Source: Candidatus Poribacteria bacterium
Lineage (GTDB): Bacteria; Poribacteria; WGA-4E; WGA-3G
Direction: 5' to 3'
NCBI GenBank assembly: GCA_028820635.1
Contig: JAPPIG010000116.1
Coordinates: forward strand, 6,041 to 70,040
DNA length: 64,000 nucleotides
Shown here: piece after piece, positions 8,806 to 18,950 of the stretch
How positions within the stretch are numbered: the stretch's first letter is position 1
Layout of the letters: every line of letters starts with the position of its first letter
Translations under genes and position numbers: made by a program
Notes under the pieces: model-generated
What the model was told of the DNA's origin: nothing
Database searches by the model: none
The model's input: the letters and a program-made list of their open reading frames with translations, nothing else

Positions 8806-11301
8806 CTATTTACGTATGATCATACGTTTTGTTGCCGAGAACTTTCCGGTAGACAGTGTATAGAAATAGACTCCACTCGCTACGGGTTCACCAAATTCAT
8901 TTTTTCCATCCCAATATGCTGCTCGGTTCCGACTCTGATAAAGTCCCGCAGGTTGATGTCCTAACGATAGTGTCCGAATCAACTTTCCATCTGCAGAATG
9001 TATGTTTATTACCACATCCGTGTTTTCAGCCAGCTGATAAGGTATCCATGTCTCCGGATTGAAAGGATTGGGATAATTATTAAATAGCATCGTCTTTTTT
9101 GGTGTCAACACGGTTAAAAGATGTTCAAGTATAGCAATACCTCTTTGGATAGAAGGAGTTTTGCTGTTAACCTGTCGCGTTTGATTTAGCCATTGTTGCA
9201 CTTCCGCAGCGGTAAGCAATTCTATTGATCGAGAATATCTTGCTGGCGCGCCATTTGCATTCTGAAGTGCGGCTGCAACTGTTAAAATATCTGTAATGTC
9301 AACAACACCGTCTCCGTTTACATCAGCAGCGTTGTCAGTTCCCGACTGCCCGAATTGCGAAGCAACAAAAATAAGATCCTGAAGATCTACTATACCGTCG
9401 TCATTAACATCTTCTGCTAACTTTGGAGTGCCATCTGAAGTTTCAGATGTGAAATCCCATAAAAGCACTGTTCCATCCCTACTTCCGCTGGCAAATATCC
9501 TACCATCAGGACTGAAGGCGATGTCAGTAACACCACTTGTATGCCCAGAGAGGACATCTTGCCTTTGACGCGTTGCAACATCCCAAAGATACACTGTACT
9601 GTCATACCACCAGCCACTACTTGCGAGTGTTTTACCATCCACACTGAATGCTACATTATTCACGCCTTCTGGATGTCCAGTTAGCGTAGCTAATAGTTCC
9701 CCTGTAACAACATCCCACAATATTATTGTACCGTCTTTACTACCACTCGCAAGGATGGTTCCATTAGGACTAAATGCTACACAATGAACTTCATCAGTAT
9801 GTCCGATGAAAGTGTCAATGAGTGTATCAGTCACCACATCCCAGATGCGTACCGAGTGATCATCACTGCCGCTGGCAAGCGTGCGACTGTCGTAACTAAA
9901 ATCAACTGAATTAACAATATCAGTATGTCCCTTGAGTGTGCTTTTGTATATGCGACCAGAATACCAAATTACAATCTGTGCAGATCTATTTGTGCTGGCT
10001 AAATATCTTCCATCTGGACTGAATTCTATTGAAGCGAAATTTGAGGTTGATGCCTCTAAGCCATTAATTCTACCAATTGTGGCTTGATGTATTCCAGTGG
10101 TTAGGTACCAGAAACGGATGTTCGAACCGATGTTGCTTGCGAGATTTTTACCGTCTGGATTAAAAGTTAGGCTCCAATTGTGTGCCCAATCGTCATCAAT
10201 GAATTTAGTTTTGTGCGTGAGTGTGTTGACATCCCAAATGTTTATTTCGCCTCGGCTACCTGTGGCAAGAATGCCATTATCTGGACTAAAAGCAATTGCA
10301 TTTATACTTTTAGTATGTCCAGAAATAGACATTTTCTGTTCACCACTTCTCCAATCCCACAGAAACAATTGATCTGAACCGCAACTCGCAAGCGTCCTTC
10401 CATCAGGACTGAAGGCAACCGATGCAAAACGTGACACATGCCCGGTAAGTTCTGTTTTCAGCGTTCCAGAAGCAACATCCCACAAATACAATCTACCCGA
10501 CAATCCCTTAGTCACAAGAGTTCTACTGTCAGGACTAAACGTAATAGCTGATCCAGAGGGCAAATTTAATGTGCCTTTCGGTTCCCAAGTGTCCACATCC
10601 CAAAATACCACTTTCTTATCGTTAAAACTTGAACTGGCTAATGTCTTTCCATCAGGGCTGAAGGCAATTGAAGAAAGATATTCGGTATACGGCATTAAAG
10701 ATGTTTGATATTCACCTGTGACAGCATCCCACAAGTGAATATTGCCATCCCAACTTGCACTCGCAAATGTAGTTCCATCAGGGTTAAAGGTGAACGAGGT
10801 TATTGCATGATTATGTGCCGTGAGCGTAGCTTTTAGTTCGCCAGTAGCAATATCCCAAAGATATATTTCTTTTCTGGTACTACCAGCAAGCGTGCGATCA
10901 TCCGGACTAAAACTGACAACGCTAATATCTGAGGCATCTCCATTTAGAGTTTTTCTAAGATTTCCATTCGGAAAACTACGGAGCTGCAACGTATTATCTG
11001 AACCTAAACTGGCAGATGTCTGTGTATCTCGACTCAATCCGAGGATGTCAGTGTCATTCTCGGAGATAAAATCCAGTTCAATGCCTGTGTGTGCATCATA
11101 AATCCATATCCCAATAGCACTTCTAACGATTAATCGATTTCCATCGGCGGAATATCTTACACTTTCAAGAGATCCTTTGCCGAGACGGGCTATTGCCCCT
11201 TCAGGTAAATCCCAATTTGAAGGGTCTTGCCCAAAGGCACTTGGAAGCAAAAAGGTTAACATGAACAAGAATATTAAAAACGGAAGTCGTATTGTTTTCA
11301 T
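8806..11301 (-). CDS. Secreted WD40 + dockerin-like + FlgD/T9SS-A-like protein, subtype A (A3)
   Basis: Same architecture; GNRLIV..IGIW, WYSGRIY and LAEDVN...DLQDLIFVASQFGQ subtype-A signatures. Confidence 0.92.
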   Translation of the reverse strand: MKTIRLPFLIFLFMLTFLLPSAFGQDPSNWDLPEGAIARLGKGSLESVRYSADGNRLIVRSAIGIWIYDAHTGIELDFISENDTDILGLSRDTQTSASLGSDNTLQLRSFPNGNLRKTLNGDASDISVVSFSPDDRTLAGSTRKEIYLWDIATGELKATLTAHNHAITSFTFNPDGTTFASASWDGNIHLWDAVTGEYQTSLMPYTEYLSSIAFSPDGKTLASSSFNDKKVVFWDVDTWEPKGTLNLPSGSAITFSPDSRTLVTKGLSGRLYLWDVASGTLKTELTGHVSRFASVAFSPDGRTLASCGSDQLFLWDWRSGEQKMSISGHTKSINAIAFSPDNGILATGSRGEINIWDVNTLTHKTKFIDDDWAHNWSLTFNPDGKNLASNIGSNIRFWYLTTGIHQATIGRINGLEASTSNFASIEFSPDGRYLASTNRSAQIVIWYSGRIYKSTLKGHTDIVNSVDFSYDSRTLASGSDDHSVRIWDVVTDTLIDTFIGHTDEVHCVAFSPNGTILASGSKDGTIILWDVVTGELLATLTGHPEGVNNVAFSVDGKTLASSGWWYDSTVYLWDVATRQRQDVLSGHTSGVTDIAFSPDGRIFASGSRDGTVLLWDFTSETSDGTPKLAEDVNDDGIVDLQDLIFVASQFGQSGTDNAADVNGDGVVDITDILTVAAALQNANGAPARYSRSIELLTAAEVQQWLNQTRQVNSKTPSIQRGIAILEHLLTVLTPKKTMLFNNYPNPFNPETWIPYQLAENTDVVINIHSADGKLIRTLSLGHQPAGLYQSRNRAAYWDGKNEFGEPVASGVYFYTLSTGKFSATKRMIIRK

Positions 11302-11312
11302 TTTTTTATCTC

Positions 11313-13862
11313 CTATTTTTGTATGACCATGCGCCGCGTTGCTGTGATCTGTCCAGCAGAGAGTGTATAGAAATAGACTCCACTTGCGACAGGTTCACCA
11401 AATTCATTTTTACCATCCCAATATGCCGCACGATTCTGCTGCTGATAGAGTCCTGCAGACTGATTTCCTACATCTAATATCCGAATTAACTTACCATCTG
11501 AAGAATAGATATAGATTGTTACATCTGTAGCCTCTGCCAACTGATACGGTATCCATGTCTCTGGGTTGAAAGGGTTCGGATAGTTTGGGAGAAGTGCCGT
11601 CTTTTTCGGTGTCAACGCTACTAATAACTGTTCAAGGAAACGGATACCCTTTTGTGATGTTATATCTGTAAGGTTCAATTGTTGTACTTGGGTAAGCCAT
11701 TTCTGTACATCTGCTCTTGTAGGAGCGAACTTTTGATTGAGATTTACTGCCAAGGGTGCAGCTGCAGCGTTTTCTATGGCTCCTGCCACTTTGATAAGAT
11801 CCGCAATATTAACAATTCCGTCGCCATTCACATCCGCAGGATTTCGACCTGTTTGTCCGAAGTTTGCAGCAACAACGACTAAATCGAAAACATCAACCAC
11901 ACCATCTCCATTTACATCTGCTTCATGAGTTGATGGGTTGATTAAGGAAGCATAGTCCCACAATAGTATTGTCCCGCCACTTCCCATTGTTGCCAGAGTA
12001 TTGCCATCGGGACTAAACGCAAGGTTAAAAACACCATCAGGTGTTCCCATCAGCGTTAATTTGAGTTCGCCACTTTCTGGATCCCAGAACCGCATGGTGC
12101 CATCTTCCCAATACCCTGTAGTTACAAGCGTTTGCCCATCCGGGCTGAAGATAATATTCTTAAACCTTCCAACATGCCCAGTGATAATTGTGTTTTTCTT
12201 ACCAGTGTAAACATCCCACAAATGCACTTCCTGTCCACTGCCTCCAGTCGCAATGGTGTTCCCATCCGGACCGAATACAATATTGCTGGATTCGGATATA
12301 AAACCAGTAAAAGTTCTAATGAGTTTCCTGCTTGCGATATCATACAAATGTATTCCGGTATTATCTTCATATACGAACTTGCGACTATCCGGACTGAATG
12401 TAATACGCGAAACACCTTGCCCATTTCTGATGATCGTCCAAAGCGGGTGACCTGTGGCAGCATCCCAAAATATAGTTTTTTTATCTCCACTACTACTTAC
12501 GAGAAAGCGTCCATCTGGACTGAAGGTGACATAATAGATGCCACGCTCATGACCCAACAAAATTGCTTTTTCCTTACCAGAGTTTACATCCCATAGTCTT
12601 ACCGAGTAATCATCAGCGAACCATAGATTATCCGTCATTGTGCCGCCGCTACTGGCTATAGTGCGTCCATCTGGACTAAAGGCAACCCATTCAACAGGTC
12701 CTATATGTCCTATGAAAGTCTTTATGTTTTTGCCGCTTGCCGTATCCCAGAGTCGCACTGTTTTATCTCTACTACCGCTTACTATTGTGCGACCATCTGG
12801 ACGAAACGCTATATTGGAAAAATTTTGCACATGCCCGACTATTGTTGCTCTTTGCACAAGACTTTTCGTATCCCACAGAATGATAGTTCCATCCTTACTT
12901 CCACTCACCAAAGTAGTCCCGTCCGGACTAAACGCAACATTTGTGATTTCGTTAGAATGTTCAATAAGGGTTGTTTTGTAGCTACCTGTAGAAGCATCCC
13001 ACAGACACACTGTCTTATCTGTGCTACCAGTCGCAAGGGTGCTGCCATCCGGACTAAACGCGACACTATTGACACCCCCCATGTGTCCAATGAGGGCGGT
13101 TTTCAGCGTACCAGTTGCTATATCCCAAAGATGAACTTGGACTTTCCATACACCGCCGCAACTTGCTATTGTACTACCGTCTGGGCTGAATACGATATTA
13201 GCATCGTAAGGAGACCTATCTTCTGCTAATCTAATCGTTGCTTTAAGTTCACCAGTAGCAGCATCCCATAATTTCATCGCAGTTTCATCGTCCTCATAAC
13301 CACAACTAACAAGAATGGTGCCATCTGGACTGAAGGCAACGGTATCAACACCGTACTCATGACCCATCAATGTGGTTTTTAGCACGCCAGTTGAAACATC
13401 CCATAGTTTTACAGTTCTGTCTTCCGATTCACTACCAGTCGCAACCGTCTTTCCATCTGGACTAAAAGCAATACTTGTAATATAGCCTATGTTTCCTGAA
13501 ACAGTGCGTTGTAGATCGCCAGTGGCAACATCCCATAGATGAAATTTAGTGTAACCGCTGCTTGCGAGTGTTTTACCATCAGGACTGAACGCCACACTTG
13601 AGGGATAGCCTGTGTTATTTGTAAGTAAAGTGAGTTCTTTACCTGTATAACCATCGTAAATCCAAATCCCGATAGAACTTGCAACTGCGAGAAGAGAACT
13701 ATCTGGTGAAAAAGTGATATTGCCATATATCTCCCCTTTCCCTAAGCGCATTTTGGCACCCTCAGGCAGCCCCCATTGCAGGTAATCTTGGGAAAACGCA
13801 CTCGGTAAAGACCAAATTGAAATAAGAAATAGAATCAGAATCGAAAGTCGTATGATTTTCAT
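11313..13862 (-). CDS. Secreted WD40 + dockerin-like + FlgD/T9SS-A-like protein, subtype B (B2)
   Basis: GNITFSPDSSLLAV, WFADDY, DLVVVAANFGQTG subtype-B signatures. Confidence 0.92.
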   Translation of the reverse strand: MKIIRLSILILFLISIWSLPSAFSQDYLQWGLPEGAKMRLGKGEIYGNITFSPDSSLLAVASSIGIWIYDGYTGKELTLLTNNTGYPSSVAFSPDGKTLASSGYTKFHLWDVATGDLQRTVSGNIGYITSIAFSPDGKTVATGSESEDRTVKLWDVSTGVLKTTLMGHEYGVDTVAFSPDGTILVSCGYEDDETAMKLWDAATGELKATIRLAEDRSPYDANIVFSPDGSTIASCGGVWKVQVHLWDIATGTLKTALIGHMGGVNSVAFSPDGSTLATGSTDKTVCLWDASTGSYKTTLIEHSNEITNVAFSPDGTTLVSGSKDGTIILWDTKSLVQRATIVGHVQNFSNIAFRPDGRTIVSGSRDKTVRLWDTASGKNIKTFIGHIGPVEWVAFSPDGRTIASSGGTMTDNLWFADDYSVRLWDVNSGKEKAILLGHERGIYYVTFSPDGRFLVSSSGDKKTIFWDAATGHPLWTIIRNGQGVSRITFSPDSRKFVYEDNTGIHLYDIASRKLIRTFTGFISESSNIVFGPDGNTIATGGSGQEVHLWDVYTGKKNTIITGHVGRFKNIIFSPDGQTLVTTGYWEDGTMRFWDPESGELKLTLMGTPDGVFNLAFSPDGNTLATMGSGGTILLWDYASLINPSTHEADVNGDGVVDVFDLVVVAANFGQTGRNPADVNGDGIVNIADLIKVAGAIENAAAAPLAVNLNQKFAPTRADVQKWLTQVQQLNLTDITSQKGIRFLEQLLVALTPKKTALLPNYPNPFNPETWIPYQLAEATDVTIYIYSSDGKLIRILDVGNQSAGLYQQQNRAAYWDGKNEFGEPVASGVYFYTLSAGQITATRRMVIQK

Positions 13863-13874
13863 GAGTTTGGTCTC

Positions 13875-16382
13875 CTATTTTCGTATAACCATTCGTCGTG
13901 TTGCAGTGAAGTTTCCAGCAGAGAGTGTATAAAAGTAGACACCGCTCGCGATGGGTTCACCAAGTTCATTTTTTCCATCCCAATATGCTGCCCTACTTCG
14001 CTTTTGATATATCCCCGGAGATTGATTACCCAACACCAATGTCCGAACCAAATGTCCATCTGTGGAATAGATATGAAGTGTAACATCTGCTGAGTTTGCT
14101 AATTGATAAGGTATCCAAGTTTCTGGGTTGAAAGGGTTCGGATAGTTAGATAAAAGCATCGTCTTTTTTGGTGTTAACGTTACTAAGAGTTGTTCAAGCA
14201 CTGCGATGCCTTTATAGAATGCTGGTATTTTGCTGTTAACTTGTGCCGTTTTATTTAACCACTGTTGTACTTCTGCAGCTGTGAGTAAGTCTATTGATTG
14301 TGGATATCTTGATGGTGCGCCATTTACATTTTCCAGAGCAGCAGCAACTAACAAAATATCAGCGATGTTGATAACACCATCCCCGTTCACATCAGCTGCA
14401 TTTCCATCTCCTGGCTGTCCAAAATGGGACGCTACAAAGATTAAGTCTTGCAGGTCCACACTACCATCAAGGTTCGTATCCTCAGCAAGTTGTTGTATTT
14501 CATTTTTAGTGCCTAAAAAGGCAGTGTAATCCCATAAGAGAACCGTTCCATCCCAACTTCCAGTAGCAAGGATGCTACCATCAGGATTAAAATTTATGTT
14601 GTAAACACTACTCGTATGGTCTGTGAGGGTAGCTTTTAGTGCTCCAGTAGCAACATCCCAAATCTGTACTGTAGAGTTACGCCATTCTCCACTACTACTC
14701 ACAAGTGTGTTACCATCAACACTGAATGCAAGGCTACGTACCCCTTTGGTATAATCTGTATGGATCACCCTTGATTCTTCAGTAGCAACATCCCATAAAA
14801 TAATGGTATTATCCTCGCTACCACTGGCAACGATGCTCGCGTCAGCATTAACAGCAACACTTAACACTTTTTCCGTATGACCTGTGAAAGTTGCTAAGTT
14901 TGAACCAGTAGCGAAGTCCCACAAACGCACCGTGTGGTCATTACTTCCACTAACAAGGAGACGGTTATCACGACTAAACGCTATTGAAGTTACTTCTTCT
15001 GTATGTCCTATAAGCGCGTTTATATAGGTGCGGCCCCTATACCATAAATGTACAGTTTTATCATTATTTCCTGCGGCGAAGATCTGACCATCTGGACTGA
15101 ATGCAATGGAAGTATAGCCTGCAGTTAAAGAGCTGCCTCCTCCTCCTCCATACCACTTATAGAGTGCAGCAGTATGAGTTGCACTTGTAATGTCCCAAAG
15201 ATGTATTTGCAACCCTTCTAAACTTGCGAGTGTGTTGCCATCCGGATTGAACGCTAAATCAGAAATCAATGACCAATCCCCCACATATATCAGCTTTCTG
15301 TATTCACCTGTGGGAACATCCCAAAGATGAATTTTATGTCGACTCGAAGTAGCCAAGATATTGCCATCGGGACTTAACGCCATTCCTGCAACGCCCCTTG
15401 TATGACCAAAAATAGACATTTTACGCGCACCACTTTCAACATCCCACAGAAACAACTCGTCTCCTCCCCCACTCGCGAGGGTGCTACCGTCAGGACTGTA
15501 TGCTACAGAATTTATTCCCCACCGATGATGTCCACTGAGTACCGCCTTGAGAGTGCCAGTAGCAAGTTCCCATAGATATAAACCGTCAAAACCACCAGTT
15601 GCAATTGTTTTCCCATCCGGACTTATAGCAAAACTATTGACGGATAGAGTGTTGAAATCTTTTATCTTCTCTCCAGAATTAATATCCCATACCTTTATTT
15701 TTTCGGACGAATTCCCAGATATTAGCGTGTTTCCATCTGGACTGAACACGAAATTTCTGAGGCGTGCACGCTTGGACAAAGTACTTATATGTGAACCTGT
15801 GGTAATATCCCAGAATTGTAACAAACCCTCTGCATTTGAACTAAGAAGTCTCTTACCATCAGGACTGAATTCAACAAACTCTATACTATCTGTTTCTAAT
15901 TGGATTGTAATTGTTTGTTCTCCAGTAGAAATATCCCAGATACTAATTACATTACCAATGTCAGTCGCGAGTACGTTCTTATCAGGACTAAAGATGACAT
16001 AGCGGATATCTAATGTGTCACCCTTTAGTGTGCTTTTTACAGTGCCATCTGACATGTTTCGTACACTTGCTATGTTGTCTTTATTGATACTAACAAAGAT
16101 ATCGGCATAAGGACTTATACCCAATAAATTTGCAGGATTCTCAGCAATTAAATTCAATTCCGCACTTGTGTGTGTATCATATACCCAAATTCCTATGGAA
16201 CTTTCAACGATCAAATGATCGCCATCGGGCGAAAACTTGATATTACTAACACTTCCCTTGCCAAGACGTAATTTAGCCCCTTCAGGTAAATCCCATCGTG
16301 TATAGTCCTGCGCAAAACTGTTTGATGGAAAAGCCATCATAACTAACAGTAGCGTTAAAAGTGAGAGTTGCATCCTTTTCAT
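13875..16382 (-). CDS. Secreted WD40 + dockerin-like + FlgD/T9SS-A-like protein, subtype A (A2)
   Basis: LIVESSIG, WYRGRTY, DLQDLIFVASHFGQ. Confidence 0.92.
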   Translation of the reverse strand: MKRMQLSLLTLLLVMMAFPSNSFAQDYTRWDLPEGAKLRLGKGSVSNIKFSPDGDHLIVESSIGIWVYDTHTSAELNLIAENPANLLGISPYADIFVSINKDNIASVRNMSDGTVKSTLKGDTLDIRYVIFSPDKNVLATDIGNVISIWDISTGEQTITIQLETDSIEFVEFSPDGKRLLSSNAEGLLQFWDITTGSHISTLSKRARLRNFVFSPDGNTLISGNSSEKIKVWDINSGEKIKDFNTLSVNSFAISPDGKTIATGGFDGLYLWELATGTLKAVLSGHHRWGINSVAYSPDGSTLASGGGDELFLWDVESGARKMSIFGHTRGVAGMALSPDGNILATSSRHKIHLWDVPTGEYRKLIYVGDWSLISDLAFNPDGNTLASLEGLQIHLWDITSATHTAALYKWYGGGGGSSLTAGYTSIAFSPDGQIFAAGNNDKTVHLWYRGRTYINALIGHTEEVTSIAFSRDNRLLVSGSNDHTVRLWDFATGSNLATFTGHTEKVLSVAVNADASIVASGSEDNTIILWDVATEESRVIHTDYTKGVRSLAFSVDGNTLVSSSGEWRNSTVQIWDVATGALKATLTDHTSSVYNINFNPDGSILATGSWDGTVLLWDYTAFLGTKNEIQQLAEDTNLDGSVDLQDLIFVASHFGQPGDGNAADVNGDGVINIADILLVAAALENVNGAPSRYPQSIDLLTAAEVQQWLNKTAQVNSKIPAFYKGIAVLEQLLVTLTPKKTMLLSNYPNPFNPETWIPYQLANSADVTLHIYSTDGHLVRTLVLGNQSPGIYQKRSRAAYWDGKNELGEPIASGVYFYTLSAGNFTATRRMVIRK

Positions 16383-16392
16383 TGTTTTTCTC

Positions 16393-18939
16393 CTATTTCA
16401 GTATTACCATGCGCCGCGTTGCTGTGAACTGTCCAGCAGAGAGTTTGTAGAAATAGACTCCACTTGCAACAGGTTCACCGACCTCATTCTTACCGTTCCA
16501 ATACGTAGCACGATTCCGCTGCTGATAAAGTCCTGCAGGCTGATGTCCCATATCTAAAGTGCGAATCAACTGTCCATCGGAAGCATAAATCTGGATTTTT
16601 ATATCTGCAGCCTCTGCCAATTGATACGGTATCCAAGTTTCTGGGTTGAATGGGTTCGGATAATTAGGTAACAGAATTGTCTTTTTCGGTGTTAATGTAA
16701 GCAAGAGTTGCTCAAGAAAACGGATACCTTTTTGTGATGTTACATCTGTCAGGTTGAGCTGCTGTGCCTGTATGAGCCATTGTTGCAAATCTTTTGCGTT
16801 GAACGCGGTAAGTGTCTTTTGATACAAGGATGGTGCTCCCGCGTTATCTAACGCTGCAGCTACCTTGATAAGATCGGCAATATTAACAACACCATCTCCA
16901 TTTACATCTGCAGAATTTGGACCTGTTTGTCCAAAGTTTGCAGCAACTACGACCAAATCGGAAACATCAACAATACCATCACCATTTACATCTGTTTCAT
17001 GAGTTGATGGATTGATTAAGGAAGCATAGTCCCACAATAGTATAATTCCCGTATCGACCGATAGGGCAAGTGTCTTACCATCGGGGCTAATCGCAAGATG
17101 ATATTCACCATCTGGTATATCCTTGAGCATTAGTTTGAGTGCACCACTTTCTGGATCCCAAAACCGCAATGTTCCATCTTCCCAAAAACTTGTAGTTACG
17201 AGCGTCTGCCCATCAGGACTGAAAAGGACATGTTTAAACTCGCCAACATGCCCAGTGATAATTGTGTTTCTCTCGCCAGTGTAGACATTCCACAAATGTA
17301 CTTCCTGACCACTCCCACCAGCCGCAATTGTGTTCCCATCCGGACTGAATACGATTTTACTGGTTTTGGGTATGAAACCAGTATACGTTTTAATTAGTTT
17401 TCTACTTGCGAAATCCCACAAATGGATTCCGGTACTATCTCCATATATGAACTTAAGACTATCCGGACTGGACGTAATGTCCCCAACTCCTTTCTCAATT
17501 CCAGTGAACGTCCAAAGAAGATCACCTGTGGCAGCATCCCAAAAAATGGGTTTTAGATTAGAAGCGTAAGTTGTGAGAACCCGTCCATCCGGGCTAAAGG
17601 TGACACGATGGATGTCATGTTTATGTCCAATAATTGTTGCTTTCTGGGATCCGGAGTGAACATCCCATAACCTTATCGGGTAGTCATCAGCAAACCATCT
17701 ATCCTCATAAATTACGCCACCGCTACTGGCTATAGTGCGTCCATCTGGACTAAAGGCAACCGATATAACTGGACCGAGGTGTCCTATCAAGGTTTTTTGG
17801 TTTTTGCCAGTTGTCGTATCCCACAGTCGCACCTTTGTATCCCTACTTCCACTCACAATTGTGTGTCCATCTGGACTGAACGCTATCTGTGAGAACCCTG
17901 ATATATGTCCTGTGATGGTAGTTCTTCGCTCAAGCTTCTCCGCATCCCACAGAATGATAGTGCCATCCTTACTATAACTTGCAAGAGTAGTTCCATCTGG
18001 ACTATATGCAACGCTCGCGACATCATCAGTATGTGCTATCAGCGTTGTCTTATAATTACCTGTAGCAACATCCCACAGACACACCGTATTATCCAGACTA
18101 CCACTCGCAAGTGTACGGCTATCCGGACTAAAAACTACATCGTTGACGCCGCCTACGTGTCCTATAAGGGTGTTTTTCAGGGTGCCACTTGCTATATCCC
18201 AAAGATAGATATGTGCGGCATATCGACTACCACAAATTGCTATTGTGCTGCTGTCTGGACTAAATGCGATATTCGCGTCGTACGCCCTCCTATCTTCTGT
18301 TAATAGAAAAGTTGCTCTGAGTTCACCAGTAGCAACATCCCATAATTTCATTGTAGTGTCTTCCCCTTCATAACCACCACTAACGAGAAATGTTCCATCT
18401 GGACTGAAGGCGATGGTATCAACACCCCTCTGATGCACCGTAAGGGAGTTTTTTAGTTCTCCGCTTGAAACATCCCAAAACTTGACTGTTCCATCTTTAT
18501 AATACCCGCTACTTGTCGCGATCGTTTTTCCATTAGGGTTGAATACTATACTTGAGATAGATCTGGTGTGCGCAGATATAGTTAGCTTGAGATTACCAGT
18601 GTCAACATCCCACAAAAAAAGTTCGGAAGAATCATTACATGCAAGTGTTTTACCATCAGAACTGAATGCTATTTTGGAGTAATAGTCTAAATTACTTGAT
18701 AGCAAATTGAGTGCCTTCCCAGTGAAGCCATCGTAAATCCAAATCCCAATTGGAGTGGTAACTGCAAGTAGAGAACTATCTGGCGAAAAAGTGATATTGC
18801 CAGTTATCTCTCCTTTCCCGATACGCATTTTTGCCCCTTCAGGCAAGCCCCATTGCATGTAATCTTGCGAAGAAGCATTTGGTGAAAAGTGAATTGAAAT
18901 AAGAGCAAGCAGTAAAATGGTGGATCGTATCGTCTTCAT
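16393..18939 (-). CDS. Secreted WD40 + dockerin-like + FlgD/T9SS-A-like protein, subtype B (B1)
   Basis: GNITFSPDSSLLAV, WFADDY, DLVVVAANFGQTG. Confidence 0.92.
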   Translation of the reverse strand: MKTIRSTILLLALISIHFSPNASSQDYMQWGLPEGAKMRIGKGEITGNITFSPDSSLLAVTTPIGIWIYDGFTGKALNLLSSNLDYYSKIAFSSDGKTLACNDSSELFLWDVDTGNLKLTISAHTRSISSIVFNPNGKTIATSSGYYKDGTVKFWDVSSGELKNSLTVHQRGVDTIAFSPDGTFLVSGGYEGEDTTMKLWDVATGELRATFLLTEDRRAYDANIAFSPDSSTIAICGSRYAAHIYLWDIASGTLKNTLIGHVGGVNDVVFSPDSRTLASGSLDNTVCLWDVATGNYKTTLIAHTDDVASVAYSPDGTTLASYSKDGTIILWDAEKLERRTTITGHISGFSQIAFSPDGHTIVSGSRDTKVRLWDTTTGKNQKTLIGHLGPVISVAFSPDGRTIASSGGVIYEDRWFADDYPIRLWDVHSGSQKATIIGHKHDIHRVTFSPDGRVLTTYASNLKPIFWDAATGDLLWTFTGIEKGVGDITSSPDSLKFIYGDSTGIHLWDFASRKLIKTYTGFIPKTSKIVFSPDGNTIAAGGSGQEVHLWNVYTGERNTIITGHVGEFKHVLFSPDGQTLVTTSFWEDGTLRFWDPESGALKLMLKDIPDGEYHLAISPDGKTLALSVDTGIILLWDYASLINPSTHETDVNGDGIVDVSDLVVVAANFGQTGPNSADVNGDGVVNIADLIKVAAALDNAGAPSLYQKTLTAFNAKDLQQWLIQAQQLNLTDVTSQKGIRFLEQLLLTLTPKKTILLPNYPNPFNPETWIPYQLAEAADIKIQIYASDGQLIRTLDMGHQPAGLYQQRNRATYWNGKNEVGEPVASGVYFYKLSAGQFTATRRMVILK

Positions 18940-18950
18940 TTTTTAGTCTC

